Assembly: GCA_021788365.1 (NCBI GenBank)
Contig: JAJYKS010000002.1
Location: 32,521 to 96,520, forward strand
Length of the DNA stretch: 64,000 nucleotides
Source of the DNA: a bacterium
GTDB lineage: Bacteria; Patescibacteriota; Microgenomatia; UBA1400; UBA12108
Direction: 5' to 3'
The position numbers and the translations under genes are program-made. Shown one piece after another: positions 59,533 to 64,000 of this stretch. The first letter of the stretch is position 1; each line of letters opens with the position of its first letter. The notes under the pieces are model-generated. The model made no database searches and was not told where the DNA came from. It saw nothing but the letters and a program-made list of their open reading frames with translations.

Positions 59533-61166
59533 TGAGCATCGCGCGCAGAAATAGGGCCGACAAGCGTCAATTGGGTCAATTTTTAACACCAAATAGATTG
59601 TCGCGTAAAATTGTCGATTATGCTCGCCCCAAGATAACCGATTTGATTTTAGAGCCCTCATTCGGATCTGGTTCGTTTATAGAATCAATTCTTGATCATT
59701 TCCACGACAAGAATGTTAGTTACAAAAACGCGGCAAAAATGATTGCGGGGGTCGAGATAGACACGGCGCTCTACCAGCAAGCCCTACACACATTCCACGC
59801 CAAATACGGGCTGTCTGCAAAAGATTTCGCCGAGCTATCATGTGATGATTATTTTCGCTGGGGCTCTGATCAAGCAACACTCCTACATCCGGAGAAATAC
59901 TTTGCAAAAAACCTTGAAAAATATGATTTGGTCATAGGCAATCCACCGTTTGGGGGCACATTTGATAAACAAATAGAAGACCAACTAGACCGAATATATG
60001 GATTCCGACTCGGAGAAAAAATAAAAAAAGAAACGTACGCATTTTTCATTATTAAATCAATCGATCTACTAAAAGATCTCGGGCGTCTCGTCTTTATCTG
60101 CTCGGATACCTTCCTTACGATTAACACCATGAAAGGTCTCAGGAAAGTATTGATGGATACGGGCAGTGTTAGGATCCGTAGCCTCAAAGAATTCTCAGAC
60201 GAGACATCGCACCCCATGGTAATCATCGATTATCAAAAAGGACCAGTCGCAAGCACAGTATACGTCGACAACGACGAAATATCCGTAGCAGACATAAAGC
60301 AAACGCCAAACTACTCGTGGAAAATAAATAGTGAACTACTGAAATATTTCAACGGTAAACTATGCGGGGAGTACGTTGTAGCCACAAGTGGCATGACCGT
60401 CGGTAAAAACGAGTATTTTATAAAAAAGATAGGAAATAATAACACCATCGAAGAACGATACAAATACGAATTATTTCAGGACCCAATTACGCTCACCAAA
60501 GAGCTGCAAAAAGCTCGGCTAGGGAAGCTATCGGAAAAACGAAAGCAAGAGATACAGCTCCTCGAATCCAAAGGAGTGACAACAACCAATGTCAAAGTTT
60601 CGTTAAAAGCAAAACCCACAACCGTTCAGCTACCCAACAAAAATTACAAATACTACAACAAGGGCCAAACAAAAAGGTTATACGCCAACCCCAAATATGT
60701 AATTTACTGGAAGGACGCCGGCAAAGCTGTATACCTATTTAAATACAATGGCCCATGGTATTTGCACGGCGTGGGCGGGAAAAAATACTTTGAGAAAGAG
60801 GGAATAACCTGGCAATTGGTTGCAAACAAACTATATGTACGGTATCTGCCAAGTGGGTACATCCTGGATAGTGGGTCACCCGCCGCCTTCCTACGGCAGG
60901 GTATAAAGAAAGACGAACTATATTTTATCCTCGGTTGGTTGGCGACCGATATTGCAACCGATATATTGAAGAAAGTGATCAACCACACACGCAACATTCA
61001 AGGTAAAGACGTCGAAAGGATGCCGTATCCAACCTGGGTATCAGCCACCGACAAAAAGAGGGCTATCGCTATAGTTAAGAATGCTGTCGCAAACTTGATG
61101 AGTGGACAAAACACGGATACCGATCTCACCGTAGCAAAATTAAATTCATTATTCAGACAATCGTAG
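59532..61166 (+). CDS. N6-adenine DNA methyltransferase, gamma-class (Eco57I/TaqI-like) with C-terminal target-recognition region
   Basis: Motif I 'LEPSFGSGSF' and motif IV 'IGNPPFGG' in gamma order; 544 aa. Confidence 0.8.
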   Translation: MSIARRNRADKRQLGQFLTPNRLSRKIVDYARPKITDLILEPSFGSGSFIESILDHFHDKNVSYKNAAKMIAGVEIDTALYQQALHTFHAKYGLSAKDFAELSCDDYFRWGSDQATLLHPEKYFAKNLEKYDLVIGNPPFGGTFDKQIEDQLDRIYGFRLGEKIKKETYAFFIIKSIDLLKDLGRLVFICSDTFLTINTMKGLRKVLMDTGSVRIRSLKEFSDETSHPMVIIDYQKGPVASTVYVDNDEISVADIKQTPNYSWKINSELLKYFNGKLCGEYVVATSGMTVGKNEYFIKKIGNNNTIEERYKYELFQDPITLTKELQKARLGKLSEKRKQEIQLLESKGVTTTNVKVSLKAKPTTVQLPNKNYKYYNKGQTKRLYANPKYVIYWKDAGKAVYLFKYNGPWYLHGVGGKKYFEKEGITWQLVANKLYVRYLPSGYILDSGSPAAFLRQGIKKDELYFILGWLATDIATDILKKVINHTRNIQGKDVERMPYPTWVSATDKKRAIAIVKNAVANLMSGQNTDTDLTVAKLNSLFRQS

Positions 61167-61245
61167 TGAATGAACTGACTGAATCATGGTGCTTTGAGTG
61201 CACAAAGCACCATGATTCTTGACTCAGTCAGTTTTAGTATTCACC
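61165..61245. repeat. Palindrome P2 (~80 bp; GTGAAT-ACTGACTGA-ATCATGGTGC...GTGCAC...GCACCATGAT-TCAGTCAGT-ATTCAC), related to P1; directly after the methyltransferase stop
   Basis: Seen in sequence; shares the ACTGACTGA, GTGCAC and AGCACCATG blocks with P1. Confidence 0.6.
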
Positions 61246-61624
61246 ACCTTTGGCGAGGAAGAAATCCATGCTAGCTCCACTCGTGTCCGAATTGGTCGCG
61301 GTGTTTATTATGTTCCCCACGGCGCGTGCACCCTCCGGGGCAGCCTTTTCGCGAGCATGCACTGCCGCATCCTTGCCCACCATCAAAAACTTGGATGGAG
61401 GTAAATGAAGTTGGCAGGAAGTCCAGCTGCGCAACAGGCATTAGCAAGCTCTGCCCTTTGAGTGAAGTTACGATCTGAACGGACGCAGTTGTTGGGGTAC
61501 TTGATTGTGGTGCAGTGTTCATTCTTAACTACTCCTCTATTAAAATTTTTCTTGCATTTTGAGATTTGTAAAACATTGGAACTGTGGAACAAAAAACTAT
61601 ACATGGTACGGTGGTTTCATTTCT

Positions 61625-61825
61625 ATTATCTCCTCATAAAATGGATTTCGCGCTGGGGACTAGCAAATAATTCCCAAAGTGAAATCCATTTCGTAGGAGT
61701 ACTGACTGAGTGTTAAGGTGCAAAAAGAGATCGCAAAAGACGCAAACGCCTACCGATCTCCAGTTACGGGGTCGAGTTTACACAACAGATACGCATTAGT
61801 CAACAGTTATAGGTCATAATAGGTA
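61625..61825. repeat. Repeat-family member R-d (direct repeat partner of R-b)
   Basis: Hairpin AAAATGGATTTCGC...GTGAAATCCATTT; ACTGACTGAGTGTTAAGGTGCAA; GAGTTTACACAACA; TTATAGGTCATAATAGG. Confidence 0.65.
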
Positions 61826-61827
61826 GG

Positions 61828-62802
61828 GTGCTACAATTTCCTCATATGAACGAGATCCCGCAACTTGTTGTAACGGGCTCCATATCGCTCGACCGGATCA
61901 TGAATTTTGGCGGGCGATACCAAGATCTCATCCAGCCGGACAAACTGCACACCCTTTCGCTGAGCGTACTTATAAATGAATTGTCAGAGACACACGGTGG
62001 GACAGGAGCCAACATCGCCTACACGAGCGCGCTCCTCGGTGAGCATCCCGTCCTGCTTGGTTCTGTCGGCCCCAATGCCACGGACTACCTAGAGGAATTA
62101 AGAATCCTGGGTGTAGACGTCTCCCACATACACAAGAGTTCGCTCCAGACAGCGACCTTCACCGTCCTCACCGACAGGGTCAATAATCAGGTCGGCGGCT
62201 TCTTCCTCGGAGCCATGGAGGACACCGATTCGATCTCGCTTTCTCCCTGGAAAGATACACATGCCACTGTCGTTGTCTCCCCCAACACACCATCGCTCAT
62301 GAAGCGACTGGTCCGGGAAGCAAAACAGTACCACCTGGCCTTAGTGTATGACCCCGGGCAACAAGTGACAAACTCTCCCGCAGAGGACCTTGCAGCGGGG
62401 GTACAAGCGGCAGACGTCCTCATGACAAACGACTATGAACTCACCATGCTGTCGAGACGGATCGGTATAAAAGAGGATGTCATACGAGCTACCGTTCCCA
62501 TAGTTGTGACCACGCTCGGGGAAAGAGGTTCTCTTATTACGGGCGCAAAGGGAAGAGAATCGATCCATGTTAGCGCAGTATCGGGCGTACATGTCGTAGA
62601 TCCCACAGGCGCGGGAGACGCATTCCGTGGCGGCTTCCTCCACGGCTATCGCCGAGGCCGAGATCTCACAACCTGCGGCCGCATGGGCAGTGTCTCCGCG
62701 GCATACACAGTCGAACAGGTTGGCACGCAAACGCACCACTTCACCCCTGCAGAGTTTACCGCGCGCTACCAAACGGCCTACGACGAGGTAGTCGAGCTGT
62801 AA
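61828..62802 (+). CDS. PfkB-family carbohydrate kinase (ribokinase-like)
   Basis: N-terminal Gly-rich motif (THGGTGANIAY) and C-terminal 'DPTGAGDAFRGGFLHG'. Confidence 0.8.
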   Translation: MLQFPHMNEIPQLVVTGSISLDRIMNFGGRYQDLIQPDKLHTLSLSVLINELSETHGGTGANIAYTSALLGEHPVLLGSVGPNATDYLEELRILGVDVSHIHKSSLQTATFTVLTDRVNNQVGGFFLGAMEDTDSISLSPWKDTHATVVVSPNTPSLMKRLVREAKQYHLALVYDPGQQVTNSPAEDLAAGVQAADVLMTNDYELTMLSRRIGIKEDVIRATVPIVVTTLGERGSLITGAKGRESIHVSAVSGVHVVDPTGAGDAFRGGFLHGYRRGRDLTTCGRMGSVSAAYTVEQVGTQTHHFTPAEFTARYQTAYDEVVEL

Positions 62803-62967
62803 CAAGATTTTCTGCAAGCCGTTTCTCTGGGTCCGTGCTTGCTCGGCGCCCACACCATAGAAGAACGGGCTAGTGTTACCTCCGTCGAACGGTTTTATAC
62901 CCTCATCTCCCACGTACTGAGCATTGTGTGAACAAAACCCGAAAGTCTGTTATACTGATAGGCTGCT

Positions 62968-64000
62968 ATGTTCACGCTAAAAAGTGCCTACCAGCCGACC
63001 GGTGACCAGCCGCAAGCGATTTCGTCGCTCGTGGACGGCGTCAAACGTGGAGTCAAGGACCAGGTATTGCTCGGCGTAACCGGCTCGGGTAAGACCTATA
63101 CCATGGCCAATGTCATTAGAGACACCAATCTTCCCACTCTGATTATCTCGCACAACAAAACACTTGCCGCCCAACTATATCAGGAGATGCGCGACTTCTT
63201 CCCCGACGCCGGGGTCTCATACTTCGTCTCGTATTACGACTTTTACCAGCCAGAGGCATACGTACCTTCAAGTGATACCTACATTGAAAAAGAAGCGGAC
63301 ATCAACGACAAAATTGACAAACTTCGCCTCCAGGCAACCACCAATATTATGACGCGCAAGGACGTTATCGTTGTCGCCTCGGTCTCGTGTATCTACAACA
63401 TTGGCGATCCAAAAGAGTACAACAAATATGAGCTACCCATCTTCAAGGGCCTGGAAAGCTCTTGGAGTCAGATTGCCGAGAAACTGGTCGCCATGCAGTA
63501 CGAGCGGAGCGAATACGAATTTCGTCGTGGCACGTTCCGAGTACGGGGGATGGATCTCGATATTTATCCTGCATACGAAGATATAGGGTATCGCGTCTCC
63601 TTTTTTGGCGATCACGTGACCGGTATATCCGCATTCGATCCAGTAAGTGGTAAAACCACAAATAGCGCACCACAGGCTATCGGCAAAGCCGGAATCGTCA
63701 TATATCCGGCAAAACATTATCTGTTAGATCGAGAGCGATTCTTGGGGGCGGAGGGTGCCATCCGTGCCGACCTCGAGCGTGAATACAAAGCCTTGCAAGG
63801 GAAAGGTAAGGTAGTTGAGGCGCAGCGACTCCTTCAGCGGACCAACTACGACCTTGAAGCCATGAAGGAACTTGGGTACGTAAATGGCATCGAGAACTAC
63901 AGCCGCTACTTCGATGGCCGAGTACCTGGAGAACGCCCCTTTTGTCTCCCCGACTACTTTCGCGAAGCTTACGGCGACAACTGGCTTACCATAATAGACG
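62968..64000 (+). CDS. uvrB: Excinuclease ABC subunit B, N-terminal part (continues beyond the window)
   Basis: The frame is open from the ATG at 62968 to the window end. Translation 'YQPTGDQPQAI...LLGVTGSGKTYTMANVI...HNKTLAAQLY...YFVSYYDFYQPEAYVP' is canonical UvrB. It is absent from the ORF track because no stop occurs in the window. Confidence 0.92.
   Translation, partial: MFTLKSAYQPTGDQPQAISSLVDGVKRGVKDQVLLGVTGSGKTYTMANVIRDTNLPTLIISHNKTLAAQLYQEMRDFFPDAGVSYFVSYYDFYQPEAYVPSSDTYIEKEADINDKIDKLRLQATTNIMTRKDVIVVASVSCIYNIGDPKEYNKYELPIFKGLESSWSQIAEKLVAMQYERSEYEFRRGTFRVRGMDLDIYPAYEDIGYRVSFFGDHVTGISAFDPVSGKTTNSAPQAIGKAGIVIYPAKHYLLDRERFLGAEGAIRADLEREYKALQGKGKVVEAQRLLQRTNYDLEAMKELGYVNGIENYSRYFDGRVPGERPFCLPDYFREAYGDNWLTIID

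Noticed and set aside
56563-61825. CRISPR array
   Set aside because: The repeats are long, imperfect, mutually palindromic and irregularly spaced by kilobases containing genes. There are no short regular spacers and no cas genes.

Overview
This 64-kb window is bacterial chromosome, mostly conserved core genes on the + strand with a ~15-kb accessory region between 46.3 and 61.8 kb. Short AtpH, archaeal-type PGI/PMI, tRNAs with no encoded CCA and many ATGA overlaps suggest a reduced-genome lineage, possibly CPR/Patescibacteria; this is inference only.

Core content, in order:
- gatA (3' end) and gatB, followed by two tandem YdjC-family paralogs.
- dnaE, then a small ORF and a Y-family polymerase (dinB-like).
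- A DUF45 metallohydrolase, a phosphodiester-glycosidase membrane protein and a Cas4-like PD-(D/E)XK nuclease.
- pyrG and rplS.
- A tRNA cluster: a degenerate 5' copy of tRNA-Lys, a small GIY-YIG ORF, then tRNA-Lys, tRNA-Val and tRNA-Glu.
- The complete F1Fo ATP synthase operon atpBEFHAGDC, then ruvCAB.
- A sugar-phosphate block: two phosphohexomutase paralogs, bifunctional PGI/PMI, an IMPase/FBPase-family protein, ppsA, eno and gpmI.
- rsmI, a DedA protein, lexA, a secreted transglutaminase-like protein, secG, a family-5 substrate-binding protein and an EEP nuclease.
- tRNA-Arg, Leu, Pro and Gly, then a cyclophilin.

The accessory region starts at tRNA-His, which is preceded by a duplicated leader and a hairpin-rich insert. 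A large serine recombinase abuts the tRNA 3' end, followed by a tyrosine integrase, an excisionase-like HTH/Zn-ribbon protein and a block of uncharacterised proteins (49.8-56.3 kb). These include two proteins with repeated 'AW' motifs, a membrane protein and a VanW-like/TM/lytic-transglycosylase fusion. A repeat-dense stretch (56.5-61.8 kb) follows. It carries a family of related structured repeats: ~200-bp direct repeats, two long palindromes and a recurring ACTGACTGAGT core. These bracket a cassette of small ORFs, a Zn-ribbon protein, a possibly frameshifted nuclease and a gamma-class N6-adenine DNA methyltransferase. The window ends with a PfkB kinase and the 5' part of uvrB.

The observations most worth following up are:
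- A ~31-bp promoter/operator-like motif shared by lexA and the small-ORF/Y-polymerase operon.
- Two tandem 15-bp palindromes in front of the Y-family polymerase.
- Degenerate partial 5' duplicates of tRNA-Lys and tRNA-His, the former with an embedded GIY-YIG gene.
- The integrase-bounded island and the repeat-flanked methyltransferase cassette.
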